From a phage, in sequence record PZ168832.1: a DNA stretch of 64,000 nucleotides. One strand, written 5' to 3'. Under the pieces are notes generated by a model, which was given only the letters and a program-made list of their open reading frames with translations, had not been told where the DNA came from and searched no databases. A program made the translations under genes and the position numbers. Each line of letters begins with the position of its first letter. Positions within the stretch are counted from its first letter, which is position 1. This document shows, piece after piece, positions 25,923-36,299 of this stretch.

Positions 25923-27383
25923 ATGAATAAAATATTAACACATAATTGGAAAGTCATGTACCAGTTGAATCCTGCTTTAAGAGAAGTCTGGAAGACGAAA
26001 GCGCGATACAAAGTAATATACGGCGGTCGTGCATCTTCCAAATCGCATGATGCCGCTGGTTTTGCTATTTATTTGGCGGCAAACTTTAAATTAAAATTCC
26101 TTTGCGTTCGACAATTCCAGAACAAGATTTCTGAATCAGTATATACGCTATTAAAAGACAAAATAGAAATTTCTGATTTCAAAGATGAGTTCAACTTGTT
26201 AAAGAACTCCATTGAACACAAAAGAACAAAATCTGAATTCTTATTTTACGGTATCGCACGCAACGTTGACGAAATCAAATCAACAGAAGGCGTTGATGTT
26301 CTTTGGCTTGAAGAAGCGCACGCACTTACTGAAGAGCAGTGGGACATCATTGAGCCGACAATTCGTAAGGAAGGGTCCGAAATATGGATCATATTTAACC
26401 CTGATGAAGAGGCTGATTTCGTCTACCAGAACTTTGTTATGCGACCGCCTAAAAATGCCATCGTTAAGAAGATTAACTGGCAGGACAATCCATTCTTGTC
26501 GCAAACAATGCTGGACGTTATCGCTGGCATGTATGAGCGCGACCCGAAAAAGGCAGAACACGTTTATGGCGGAGTACCGAAGACAGGCGGCGACAAGTCG
26601 GTCATCAACCGTGCATTCGTCAAGGCCGCACTAAACCTCCACAAACACCCTACGTTGGGATGGAGCTTGTCAGGGTCTAACCGTATAGGCTTTGACGTGG
26701 CAGACGACGGCGACGACTTAAACGCCACAGCATTTGTCACGGGCAACGTATTGCGCGGCATAAAGACATGGGAAGGTCTGGAAGATGAATTGCTTAAGTC
26801 CGCAAGCGGAGTTTGGAAAGATGCATTAACATTCGGCGCATCAATTACCTATGACGCCATCGGTGTTGGTGCATTTGCTGGTTCAAAATTTGATGAGCTT
26901 AATGAGTATGCAATCCATGAAAATCCAACATTCCCAAGAATCGAATTTAATGCGTTCAACGCGCAAGGTGCTGTTGATGATCCTGATGACGTCTTCCTTG
27001 AGTTACCACACGTTGAAATACTCAATAAAGACCATTTCGCAAACATAAAAGCGCAAAAATGGACTGAGATTGCCGAACGATTCAGGAAGACATATGAGTA
27101 TGCAACAGGGCAGGCCGTATACCCGACTGATGAGCTGATTTCCATCGACACAGACGGCATTCCAGAACTTGGGATTCCTGCTTGGTCTGCGGAAGAAATT
27201 GAGACATTTCTTTTTGAGATGTCAGCGCCGCGCAAAGACACGTCTGTGCTTGGTAAGTTTAAAGTTGAATCGAAAAAGGATATGGCAAAGCGTGGAGTCA
27301 AATCGCCTAACAAAGCGGACGCAGCAATCATGGCGTTGATGAAACCAATTGTTGCAGCATCCGGCTTCTTCTCTAACCTTTAA
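25923..27383 (+). CDS. terL: Terminase large subunit
   Basis: P-loop KVIYGGRASSKSH, Walker B-like VDVLWLEEAH, acidic nuclease-type C-terminal half; 486 aa. Confidence 0.85.
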   Translation: MNKILTHNWKVMYQLNPALREVWKTKARYKVIYGGRASSKSHDAAGFAIYLAANFKLKFLCVRQFQNKISESVYTLLKDKIEISDFKDEFNLLKNSIEHKRTKSEFLFYGIARNVDEIKSTEGVDVLWLEEAHALTEEQWDIIEPTIRKEGSEIWIIFNPDEEADFVYQNFVMRPPKNAIVKKINWQDNPFLSQTMLDVIAGMYERDPKKAEHVYGGVPKTGGDKSVINRAFVKAALNLHKHPTLGWSLSGSNRIGFDVADDGDDLNATAFVTGNVLRGIKTWEGLEDELLKSASGVWKDALTFGASITYDAIGVGAFAGSKFDELNEYAIHENPTFPRIEFNAFNAQGAVDDPDDVFLELPHVEILNKDHFANIKAQKWTEIAERFRKTYEYATGQAVYPTDELISIDTDGIPELGIPAWSAEEIETFLFEMSAPRKDTSVLGKFKVESKKDMAKRGVKSPNKADAAIMALMKPIVAASGFFSNL

Positions 27384-27386
27384 CAA

Positions 27387-27626
27387 TTAAAGCATTCCGT
27401 GCTGAAGGTCGAGTTTTCTTGCGGCAAACGACCTGGCACGGAATCGCTTACCCGCCCTTACTGCCTGTCGAATCTTCTTTTGCAAACACTTACGATCAAA
27501 ATCGTTGCGGTCGACGGCTTCGAGTAAATCACGACGCAAAGCACCCAGTGTCGACTTTTCAGAGACTTCAACGCCCAGCGCCGCTGCAACGTCTTTCAAA
27601 ACATCGAGTTCGGTTAAAGTTCTCAT
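27387..27626 (-). CDS. Small basic protein
   Basis: 79 aa; N-terminal TLTELDVLKDVAAALGV looks helix-hairpin-helix / SAP-like; basic C-terminus. Confidence 0.45.
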   Translation of the reverse strand: MRTLTELDVLKDVAAALGVEVSEKSTLGALRRDLLEAVDRNDFDRKCLQKKIRQAVRAGKRFRARSFAARKLDLQHGML

Positions 27627-28039
27627 TTGATAATCCCCTTGATGTCTGATTCTGCCATAAAGATTGGAGTTCCGCCGCCAGGAACAATCGAGCGCGTGAC
27701 TTTATCAAACATATCGTTTTCTTCAACTTGAATACGATAGAATTTATTTTTGGATGAAGATGGGCACAATCCCATAAATTTGCCGATTCCGCGAACGCAT
27801 TCATCTTCAAAGTATACTGTTTCACCTTGAATGGAGTCGATGTTGTCTACTGGATAGACTTTGCGACCCAACAACCACTCATCCAAAGTAGCTTGCAAGA
27901 CGTTTCGCGCATCTAAAATCCACGGGTCAATAATAGCACCTTCATATCGCGCAGCAGTGGCTTTTGCCAGCTCTTCATATTCGCATACGTTTACCACTTC
28001 GCCTTGATGAAGGACGACAAATACAATTGTTGTGCTCAT
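27623..28039 (-). CDS. Hypothetical protein
   Basis: AAAGGAG RBS 6 nt before ATG; 138 aa. Confidence 0.5.
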   Translation of the reverse strand: MSTTIVFVVLHQGEVVNVCEYEELAKATAARYEGAIIDPWILDARNVLQATLDEWLLGRKVYPVDNIDSIQGETVYFEDECVRGIGKFMGLCPSSSKNKFYRIQVEENDMFDKVTRSIVPGGGTPIFMAESDIKGIIK

Positions 28040-28201
28040 TTCAATCTCCTTTCGTTTGGTTAACTAAAATATAACTCAAAATGATACAAAAGCAAAATAT
28101 TTTATGAACTATTTATGATTACTATACATATCATTTGCTTACAAACACATGAATATTTATAATATAGATTGATTCCCTTTCACTGTCAGGTGGCGTTAAC
28201 A

Positions 28202-30577
28202 ATGAAAATTCTTGGCATAAAACTCTGGGAGAAGACGCAACCAGAAGCCGAACCAGCGGAGATGCCGCCAGGCGACCCATTGGCACCGTTTGAACGCCTT
28301 GAAAGGCGCGGCAGCGGTCAACGCTGGGAAAAGACTGAAAGCAATCGACCGACCTTTAAAACGGTTGATGACTTCCCTTTATATGAGCCTGATATTAATG
28401 GCGATGGTGTTGCAATCATAAAAGGTCGTTCAGTCGATTCCGCAACAGTATCCAAAAAGGTTATGGATAATGCCTTAAAGAACATCAGTTCAGAAGGGCA
28501 AGTCAACCCATACACAGTACCTATTCAACTTCAAAACTGGTATTTGTCACAGTCATTTATCGGCTATCAAGCTTGTGCCATCATCGCACAGCATTGGCTG
28601 GTGAACAAGGCTTGCTCTATGGTAGGCCGTGATGCAGTGCGTAAAGGTTGGGAAGTAAAATCAAGCTCTGAATCAGAATTGTCTGTGCAGGCCAGCGAAC
28701 GCTTAAAGCAAATTGATAAAGAATTTAATATCAAAGAGCACTTAGTTGAAGCCGAACGATTCAAAAATATTTTTGGTATCCGCGTCATCATATTTGATGT
28801 GCGTAGCGATGATCCAGAATACTACAGCAAACCTTTTAACATTGATGGTGTGACAAAGGGGTCTTATAAGGGAATCATTCAGGTTGACCCTTATTGGATG
28901 ATGCCATTTTTGACGTCTGAAAACACCGCCGACCCTGCATCACAGCACTTCTATGATCCAGAATACTGGGTGATCAGCGGACAACGTTATCATCGAAGCC
29001 ACCTGATCATTTTGCGAAACGATGAGCCAGCTGATATTCTCAAGCCGACTTATATTTACGGCGGCATCCCTCTGACTCAGCAGATTTATGAACGCATCTA
29101 TGCCGCTGAACGTACCGCTAACGAAGCGCCATTGCTGGCGATGTCCAAGCGTACAACCACGCTGCGGACCGACGTTGACAAGGCGATTGCCAATGAGCGG
29201 TCTTTTGCTGAACGTCTGATGATGTGGATTAAGTACCGCGACAACTATGCAGTCAAAGTGCTTGGTCAAAAAGAAGAGATGGACCAGTTCGACATCAACT
29301 TGTCAGACTTCGACAGCATCATCATGAACCAGTACCAGCTGGTGGCCGCAATCGCAAAAGTTCCGTCGACCAAACTTCTTGGGACTTCGCCAAAAGGCTT
29401 TAACGCCACTGGTGAATTTGAGATGGTCAGCTATCACGAAGAGTTGGAAACGTGCCAGCAGCATGACCTGACAAAAATTCTCGACCGCCATTACAAAATC
29501 CTTCTCAAATCAGAAGGGGTGGAAGTCGACGTTAAGGTTGCATGGGAACCAGTTGGCTCACTTACTGCTACTCAACTTGCAGAAATCAACGACAAGCGAG
29601 CTAACACTGGCAAAACTCTCATTGATGCTGGCGTCATTTCTCCTGATGAAGAGCGCGACCGCATCAAAGACGACAAAAACAGCGGCTACAACCGTCTGCC
29701 GGAAGACGCAGCAGAAGAAACCCCAGGGATGTCTCCAGAGAATATGGCATTGCTTGGCAAGTCTGCTGGTGAAGTCCTGCAAGGTAAGGCCGATATTGAA
29801 CAGGCGAAAGTTGATGTCGTTAAGATGGGCGGCCAGTTCTATAGCGAAACAGGTATTATGCCAGAGGGTGCCGCGCGTGGTGAGTTGGCGGAAAACCCTG
29901 ACAAAGCGCCTGTCGAAATCAACATGGACGATACCGATGATGAATCAAGCCATCAGGTTGATGTCCTAACGCAGTTGAAAGAAGGGCTGGAGGGTATTGC
30001 GGATTACTACCTGAAAGAAGGTCAGGATGTGGATTTTGACCCTCAAAAAGATTCACGGTCGGTGCAACCGTCTACCCTTCCAAGCGTTAAAGGACACGTC
30101 GTCAACTTACGCCACAACGTGGGTAAAATGGACGCAGCATCATTACCTAAGATGAAGTTGCACGGAATGATTCTTGGCATTGAGAATCCGCGAAACAGCA
30201 TTCGTAGAGGAAACAGCCTTGACGGTGAATGGGCCGTGAAGATGCCGCACCACTACGGATTCATCAAGGGCACCAAGGGCGCAGACGGTGATGAAGTCGA
30301 CTGCTTTGTGGGTCCAAATCTGAAGTCGCCGAAAGTCTTTATCGTGAACCAAAACGATAACTACTCTGGCGAGTTTGATGAACACAAGTGTATGCTTGGA
30401 TTCGATTCAGCAGAAGAAGCGAAAGAAGCTTATCAAGCATCATTTGGTAACGGTTGGAACGGATTCGACTCAATCCACGAATTAGATGTGAACTCATTCA
30501 AGGAGTGGTTGAAGGGTGATTGCTCTCAAGCATACGGAGCACTCAATAATCCTACTAATTCACCGAAGCAAGGTTGA
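28202..30577 (+). CDS. Portal protein with an unassigned C-terminal extension (tentative)
   Basis: Position directly after terminase and before a Mu-F-like head morphogenesis gene; AGGTGG RBS then ATG at 28202; about 790 aa, larger than typical portals. Confidence 0.6.
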   Translation: MKILGIKLWEKTQPEAEPAEMPPGDPLAPFERLERRGSGQRWEKTESNRPTFKTVDDFPLYEPDINGDGVAIIKGRSVDSATVSKKVMDNALKNISSEGQVNPYTVPIQLQNWYLSQSFIGYQACAIIAQHWLVNKACSMVGRDAVRKGWEVKSSSESELSVQASERLKQIDKEFNIKEHLVEAERFKNIFGIRVIIFDVRSDDPEYYSKPFNIDGVTKGSYKGIIQVDPYWMMPFLTSENTADPASQHFYDPEYWVISGQRYHRSHLIILRNDEPADILKPTYIYGGIPLTQQIYERIYAAERTANEAPLLAMSKRTTTLRTDVDKAIANERSFAERLMMWIKYRDNYAVKVLGQKEEMDQFDINLSDFDSIIMNQYQLVAAIAKVPSTKLLGTSPKGFNATGEFEMVSYHEELETCQQHDLTKILDRHYKILLKSEGVEVDVKVAWEPVGSLTATQLAEINDKRANTGKTLIDAGVISPDEERDRIKDDKNSGYNRLPEDAAEETPGMSPENMALLGKSAGEVLQGKADIEQAKVDVVKMGGQFYSETGIMPEGAARGELAENPDKAPVEINMDDTDDESSHQVDVLTQLKEGLEGIADYYLKEGQDVDFDPQKDSRSVQPSTLPSVKGHVVNLRHNVGKMDAASLPKMKLHGMILGIENPRNSIRRGNSLDGEWAVKMPHHYGFIKGTKGADGDEVDCFVGPNLKSPKVFIVNQNDNYSGEFDEHKCMLGFDSAEEAKEAYQASFGNGWNGFDSIHELDVNSFKEWLKGDCSQAYGALNNPTNSPKQG

Positions 30578-30578
30578 T

Positions 30579-31430
30579 ATGGCTTTTAAAGCTTCGAAAA
30601 AACGTGAACGCCGCTCACCCGATAGAATCGGACGCGGCAGTCCGATAATCCCATCAAACGCTATTGCGATGGCCTACCGTCGTGAGATGAAAGGTCTTTG
30701 CTATGCGATGATTGATGACTATCAGGCAGGCATTTCAGAATGGCTTGACAAGAAGCAGGTGCAGAAGTTTTTTGCGCAAGACTCTGCTGATTCGACATTC
30801 CAGACCCTTATGAAACGGCTGCAACTGAAATGGGCAAAGGCGTTTGCACGTGTTGGGTCGAAGATTGCCGCTGATTTTATCAAATCGGTCGAAAAGGGTG
30901 CCACTTCTGCTACATTCGCAAGCCTTAAGTCCGCAGGCATAGAAGCGCCAAAGGCCACATATAACAAATTCGTTGAGAACACTCTTAGAACAAGCGAGAA
31001 GTTTAACACGACTCTAGTGACTAAGGTCGGCGAGGATATTCACAACAGGGTGTACGAAGCGGTGATGCTTTCGCTGACTTCGCCAGACCCAGCACAGCAA
31101 GGCGCATCCGGCATTCAGGCGGCATTAAGAAATGTCAAACACTTCTCTGCAAAACGCGTAGACCTTATCGCCAAAGACCAAACGAGCAAACTTTATTGCG
31201 TATTAAGTGATGAAAGGATGCGACAGAATGGCGTGGAGGAATTTGAGTGGGCGCATTCAGGAGCAGGCAAAGAGCCGCGAATATCACATGAGCACGTCGA
31301 CGGCATGAGATTCAAGCTTGATGACAAACGCTTATGGGAAGTAGGTGGAGAACTTAAGTTCAAAAAGGGTGACATCGGTCCTCCTGGATGGGCAATACAC
31401 TGCAAGTGCAGAAAAATACCAATTATCTGA
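30579..31430 (+). CDS. Head morphogenesis protein (Mu gpF / SPP1 gp7-like)
   Basis: C-terminal HEHVDGM ... PPGWAIHCKCRKIPI, characteristic of this family. Confidence 0.7.
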   Translation: MAFKASKKRERRSPDRIGRGSPIIPSNAIAMAYRREMKGLCYAMIDDYQAGISEWLDKKQVQKFFAQDSADSTFQTLMKRLQLKWAKAFARVGSKIAADFIKSVEKGATSATFASLKSAGIEAPKATYNKFVENTLRTSEKFNTTLVTKVGEDIHNRVYEAVMLSLTSPDPAQQGASGIQAALRNVKHFSAKRVDLIAKDQTSKLYCVLSDERMRQNGVEEFEWAHSGAGKEPRISHEHVDGMRFKLDDKRLWEVGGELKFKKGDIGPPGWAIHCKCRKIPII

Positions 31431-31502
31431 ATTAAGATAGTTGTAAATAAGCGCAATTTAAACTGTGCAATTATTAATTTGATATGAACTAAAGAGGAAG
31501 TT

Positions 31503-31640
31503 ATGCAAAAGATTATTCAGTCACGTTATGTTAAAGTGCGAAATATTAATTGCAACTCTTTGCTTTCTTGGAAATGGGCTGTTTATGACTCAATGCTGAT
31601 TGGCGTTTTAGTTGCTGGAGTGCTTTTTAATATTCACTGA
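31503..31640 (+). CDS. Small hydrophobic peptide (45 aa)
   Basis: AGAGGA RBS then ATG; hydrophobic C-terminus MLIGVLVAGVLF. Confidence 0.3.
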   Translation: MQKIIQSRYVKVRNINCNSLLSWKWAVYDSMLIGVLVAGVLFNIH

Positions 31641-31672
31641 ATCGCCTGGCAATGGATTGCCGCAGGATTTCA

Positions 31673-31950
31673 CGCGTATAATGACGTATCATCCGTATCA
31701 AGTAAGTAGTTGTTTTCAAAAGAATCTTACGGATGATACGGATGATACGCGTTGCCGCGATACTTTATAGGAATTCAAATAAATTAATTTAAAATTATAT
31801 ATCTAATTTAATTTTATTTTTTTATAAACTCTTATATATGAAAAGTATCCGTATCATCCGTATCATCCGTAGCACACCAGTGATAGCGCGGCTTATACAC
31901 CGATACGGATAAAAATACGCCTCATTTTATCCGTATCATCCGTATCACAC
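31673..31950. repeat. Iteron cluster B: same 9-bp CGTATCATC / GATGATACG units and a homologous AT-rich core
   Basis: Units at 31681-31700, 31727-31750, 31845-31873, 31901-31920, 31925-31950; AT-rich core 31767-31824 shares TATAG(G)AATTC and AATTAATTTAAA with cluster A. Confidence 0.6.
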
Positions 31951-32062
31951 TAATTAAGGCGCGGCTATATCGGTTGTTATACATATTCAAACCATAATTA
32001 TTGTTTGCCTAAGTTTTTTTCATTAGATATAATACACAATACTTATTTGAGGGTGGATGCGA

Positions 32063-33475
32063 ATGCAAACGGCACGCGAAATTGACAAAAATGGATTCTT
32101 GACGATTGTGGGTTGTCCCATTTCGTCATTTGGCATTTTTGATTATTCTGCAGGTCAGGTTGGACTTGATGGTGATCCGAATCGCATCGTAAAAGTTTAT
32201 CGCCCAGAGTCAGCGGTGAAAGACCCCGAAGCGATAGATTCATTCAAAAATATCCCTTTCATCGACAATCACGAAATGCTTTCTGGATTCGAAGGTGATG
32301 AGGATAACACAGCACCCGAAGAGTATGGAGTTGATGGCGTTCTGACTGGCAATGTTTATTATGACAAGCCATGGATGCGCGGCGACCTTAAAGTGTTTAG
32401 CCGTCGTCTGAAGAAGGCCATTGATTCTGGAAAGGTTGACTTGTCTTTGGGCTATGACTGTGAATTCATCATACAGTCTGGAGAGTTTGACGGGCAGCCG
32501 TATGAAGTGGTGCAGACAACTCTTCGCGGCAACCACATTGCTCTCGTGGACGTTGGTCGAGTACCAGGTGCACGGGTGCTGGATGGTCGTTGCTTTGACC
32601 ATCTTTGTTTGACGACTGTAACACCATCCAACGAGGATTTAGACATGCCAAAACCGTTAAAAGGTAAAGCGCGTGATAATGCTGTTGAACAGCTGAAATC
32701 ACTGATCCCTGCGCTCGAACAATTTCTGAATGAAGAGAGTACTGAAGCTGCTCATCAGGACGAAGTTGAAGTGAAAGCAGAAGAGAAGGACTCAACCGAA
32801 AATCGTGAAGAAGTAATGGTTGATCCAGAAGTCAAGGCAGAAGCAGAAGAAACCCCAGAAGGTGAAGAGAAGTTTGAAGTTGAAACTGAATCTAACGCTG
32901 GCGGCGAACTTCCGCAATTGATCAGCCAAATCGAAGCACTTATTGCAAAACTGAAAGGTGGCGCGGTAGGTGATGAAGAAGAAGTTGAAGCCGAAGTCAA
33001 AGACGAAGAAGTTGAAGTCAAGGCTGAAGATGTATCACCTTGCGACAAAGCTGAAGATGTGGTTAGCGGCCTGCAAAACAGCAACGTAAAGGGGGCTTCG
33101 GTCGAAAAAGATGACAAACCGACAAAAGCGGCGAAAGCGTCGCCAGGTCCAGCAAAAGGGGAACACTCAATGGCATCTGATTCAGCAGTTGCTGCTTTCT
33201 ACGCTGATTCTGCTCGTAAGAATAGCCTCTACCAGCGCCTGTCTAAAGTTGTTGGTGCCTTTGATCATGCAACTATGGACTCCAAGTCCGTAGCGAAATA
33301 TGGCGCTAAAAAGTTAGGCTTGAAGTGCGTTGATGGTGCTGAGTTTGACGTGGTGGATAATTATCTGCGTGGCGTTGAACACGGTCAAAAACAGCGTGTA
33401 GTCGCAAAACAAAAGGCCGCTGCGGATTCTGCAGCAACTGACGAAGCATTTGAAGCTTGGTTGAAAGGGGAATAA
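32063..33475 (+). CDS. Prohead protease / scaffold-like protein with acidic repeats (tentative)
   Basis: Lies between the head morphogenesis gene and the capsid gene; central region of EVEVKAEE-type acidic repeats. Confidence 0.5.
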   Translation: MQTAREIDKNGFLTIVGCPISSFGIFDYSAGQVGLDGDPNRIVKVYRPESAVKDPEAIDSFKNIPFIDNHEMLSGFEGDEDNTAPEEYGVDGVLTGNVYYDKPWMRGDLKVFSRRLKKAIDSGKVDLSLGYDCEFIIQSGEFDGQPYEVVQTTLRGNHIALVDVGRVPGARVLDGRCFDHLCLTTVTPSNEDLDMPKPLKGKARDNAVEQLKSLIPALEQFLNEESTEAAHQDEVEVKAEEKDSTENREEVMVDPEVKAEAEETPEGEEKFEVETESNAGGELPQLISQIEALIAKLKGGAVGDEEEVEAEVKDEEVEVKAEDVSPCDKAEDVVSGLQNSNVKGASVEKDDKPTKAAKASPGPAKGEHSMASDSAVAAFYADSARKNSLYQRLSKVVGAFDHATMDSKSVAKYGAKKLGLKCVDGAEFDVVDNYLRGVEHGQKQRVVAKQKAAADSAATDEAFEAWLKGE

Positions 33476-33477
33476 AT

Positions 33478-34095
33478 ATGACTTTCCAAACTAGTGTAGG
33501 CCGTCAATATACAACTGGCTTTCCTGGCGACATCGTTCGCGACGGCCCACAGCGTGGGAAGCCAGGTCGAATTGCCAACGCCAACGAAGGCGCAAACGTA
33601 AACGCCATCAGCCGTGTGTTCGGTTTTAAGGCTGACGTATCCTTAATGGGTACTGGTCAAACCAAAACTTTGGGCGCGCAGGACTTTGAAGTTGAGCTGG
33701 GCGGCACCAACTACTACGGCATCCTCGGCAATAGCAAGCGTTACGCGCTGTATGGCAACTCTACTGGTCCTTTGGGCGCCAGCATGGTTCTGCCTCAATA
33801 TAGCGAAGGCGAGTTCTACGACATGTGCACGGGCCTCGTAGTTGAAGTATTCAACCCAAGCACCAGCCCGCAGACGCTTAACTATGGCGATTTGCTCGCT
33901 TATGTACCTAAAGGCATCTCCAGCACGGATAACCCGAACAACTTGCCTATTGGTGCAATTATCGCCTATACTGGCTCACTGCCAACTGGCATGGTTGCCA
34001 TTCCAGGCGGTATCGTGATTGACCCGACTGCTATTGCCCTTTCCGGCCCAAGCGTCCAGTCTTCCACTTATACCATTGTACAATTGACTCGTTAA
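33478..34095 (+). CDS. Capsid-associated structural protein (decoration or scaffold candidate)
   Basis: Immediately upstream of the major capsid gene; Gly/Thr-rich. Confidence 0.45.
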   Translation: MTFQTSVGRQYTTGFPGDIVRDGPQRGKPGRIANANEGANVNAISRVFGFKADVSLMGTGQTKTLGAQDFEVELGGTNYYGILGNSKRYALYGNSTGPLGASMVLPQYSEGEFYDMCTGLVVEVFNPSTSPQTLNYGDLLAYVPKGISSTDNPNNLPIGAIIAYTGSLPTGMVAIPGGIVIDPTAIALSGPSVQSSTYTIVQLTR

Positions 34096-34109
34096 TAGGC
34101 AGGTGAATA

Positions 34110-35249
34110 ATGACTCGCATTAGCCAAACACACTCTCGCCTCCCAGCGAGCAAGGTGCGCCCTTTTGATATGCAATCCGTCACCGACGCGGCTGTTTCCC
34201 AGCTTGCTCGTATCGGTATTGTGTTTGATTCCGCGATTGTGCGTGATCAGATTGAGCACTTAAACCGTGCAGGCGCTTTCCGCGTAGGTGATGCCGCGTT
34301 TACTGCGCCGCAGACTACTCCGTCAATCCCGACCCCGTTGCAGTTCCTGCAGCAGTGGTTGCCTGGCTTCGTCAAAATCATGACAGCTGCTCGTAAAATC
34401 GACGAGCTGGTTGGTATTGATACCGTTGGTCAGTGGGAAGATGCAGAAATCGTTCAGGGCATCGTTGAACCAGCTGGCACCGCAGTTGAATATGGTGATT
34501 TCACCTCTATTCCTCTGGCAAGCTGGAACGTAAACTTTGAACGTCGCTCTATCGTTCGCGGTGAAATGGGCATGGCAGTTGGTATGCTGGAAGAAGGCCG
34601 CGCGTCTGCGATGCGTCTGAACTCCGCAGAAACCAAACGCCAGCAGGCTGCTGTATCTCTGGAAATCATGCGTAACGCAATCGGCTTCTATGGTTGGTAC
34701 AACGGGAACAACCGCACGTTCGGCTTCCTGAATGATCCAAACCTGCCAGCGGCGATGACTTCCACCACCACTTCCGGCTGGGCCACTGCGACTTTCCAAC
34801 AGGTGACTGCAGACATCCGTTTGATGGTTCGTCAAATTCGTGTGAACTCTCAGGACCAGATTGATCCAGAGAAGGTTGACATGACTCTTGCGCTGCCGAC
34901 TAACTCTATCGATTGGCTGTCCAACACCACTGACTTCGGTATTTCTGTACGTGACTGGATCACCCAGACTTATCCGAAGATGAAGATCAAGTCTGCACCG
35001 GAACTCAACGGCGCACTTGGCAGCGACCCGACTTTCTTGAACGTGGCATACCTGTACGCTGATCACATCGATTCCTCAATCGATGGTTCAAGCGATGATG
35101 GTTCCGTATTCAGTCAGCTGGTTCAAACCAAGTTCATGACTCTGGGCGTTGAAAAGCGTGCTAAGAGCTACGTTGAAGACTACGCAAACGCAACAGCAGG
35201 CGTTCTGCTCAAGCGTCCGTTCGCAGTCGTCCGTATGACTGGTATTTAA
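34110..35249 (+). CDS. Major capsid protein (tentative)
   Basis: 379-aa ORF in the canonical position; AGGTG RBS; followed by a stem-loop. Confidence 0.55.
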   Translation: MTRISQTHSRLPASKVRPFDMQSVTDAAVSQLARIGIVFDSAIVRDQIEHLNRAGAFRVGDAAFTAPQTTPSIPTPLQFLQQWLPGFVKIMTAARKIDELVGIDTVGQWEDAEIVQGIVEPAGTAVEYGDFTSIPLASWNVNFERRSIVRGEMGMAVGMLEEGRASAMRLNSAETKRQQAAVSLEIMRNAIGFYGWYNGNNRTFGFLNDPNLPAAMTSTTTSGWATATFQQVTADIRLMVRQIRVNSQDQIDPEKVDMTLALPTNSIDWLSNTTDFGISVRDWITQTYPKMKIKSAPELNGALGSDPTFLNVAYLYADHIDSSIDGSSDDGSVFSQLVQTKFMTLGVEKRAKSYVEDYANATAGVLLKRPFAVVRMTGI

Positions 35250-35364
35250 TTGCTGTGATTACACAGTAAAACACATGGGGCGTGGTCGAAAGGCTTCGCC
35301 CCATATCAATAGACCTCAAGGGCTGTAGGGGCTTATCTGAGGCTTATATAAATAGGACTACAAA

Positions 35365-35829
35365 ATGCCAAAATACATCGTTTCAACTATGTCTATGTCA
35401 GTCAACTACACTTTCTATACGGAAGTGAAAGAAAACCCGAATGCAAAAGCTGGTTCAGGCGCTCTTCCAAATATTCGCAAACAGATTCTGATCAAGGGCG
35501 GTGCTGGTCTTACTTCGGCAACTTCCGGCTTTGGTGAAATGGCAAAAGGCGCTGATGGTGCACCTTTGTGGACTCCTGAAGGAATCGTCACCGTTGTAAG
35601 CGATGCTGATTTTGAACATTTAAAAGATCATCACGTATTCAAGCAGCACCTTGAAAAAGGTCTGGTTAAAGTGGTTAACCACGACATCGTTGGCAATCAT
35701 AAAGCTGTCGCTAAAGAAGTGCGCGGCATGTCAGATGACCCGTTCGCACCTATGACGCGTGAGACGGCTGACAAGCGCATCAAGGTTAAATTGAGCGGCG
35801 AACAAGAAGATGATTTGTTCCGCGTTTAA
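35365..35829 (+). CDS. Virion structural protein, unknown function
   Basis: 154-aa ORF in the head-tail joining region. Confidence 0.5.
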   Translation: MPKYIVSTMSMSVNYTFYTEVKENPNAKAGSGALPNIRKQILIKGGAGLTSATSGFGEMAKGADGAPLWTPEGIVTVVSDADFEHLKDHHVFKQHLEKGLVKVVNHDIVGNHKAVAKEVRGMSDDPFAPMTRETADKRIKVKLSGEQEDDLFRV

Positions 35830-35843
35830 ATAAGGTGAATGCC

Positions 35844-36299
35844 ATGTCATTAGATTACGAAAAGTTCAGAATAAAATTTCCACAGTTTGCTGATCAGGTA
35901 AAATTCCCTGACACAACGCTTCAAGTATTCTATGACATGGCATGTGAATTTATTGAATCACAAGACAGTCCTTGTCGTGTTTTAAATGGCAGTAAATTGG
36001 AGCTGGCATTGGAATATATGACGGCTCATCTTTTATGCATAGCCACAGACCAACAGGTGTCTGTGTCTTCTGGTGACGGAGTCGAACAAGGCGGCTTCGT
36101 GACTGGTGCAACAATCGGTGACATCACCGTGAATAAGGTAGCGCCGCCTGCAAGTGATGGTTGGGAATACTGGCTTTCAAGCACTCCTTATGGCATGGCG
36201 CTTTGGGCGCTTCTGCAAGCACTGGCTGTCGGCGGCTTGTCGTTTGGCGGTCTTCCAGAGCGCGAAGGATTTCGTAAAATTGGTGGGGTATTCTGGTGA
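35844..36299 (+). CDS. Head-tail connector candidate
   Basis: AAGGTG RBS then ATG at 35844. Confidence 0.45.
   Translation: MSLDYEKFRIKFPQFADQVKFPDTTLQVFYDMACEFIESQDSPCRVLNGSKLELALEYMTAHLLCIATDQQVSVSSGDGVEQGGFVTGATIGDITVNKVAPPASDGWEYWLSSTPYGMALWALLQALAVGGLSFGGLPEREGFRKIGGVFW

Noticed and set aside
34323-35066. Long antisense ORFs inside large structural and replication genes (e.g. 34323..35066, 43198..43854, 52000..52686, 52496..53044, 56853..57656, 59208..59735, 7479..7991, 26849..27331)
   Set aside because: Each lies wholly within a well-supported gene on the other strand and has a compositionally odd translation.
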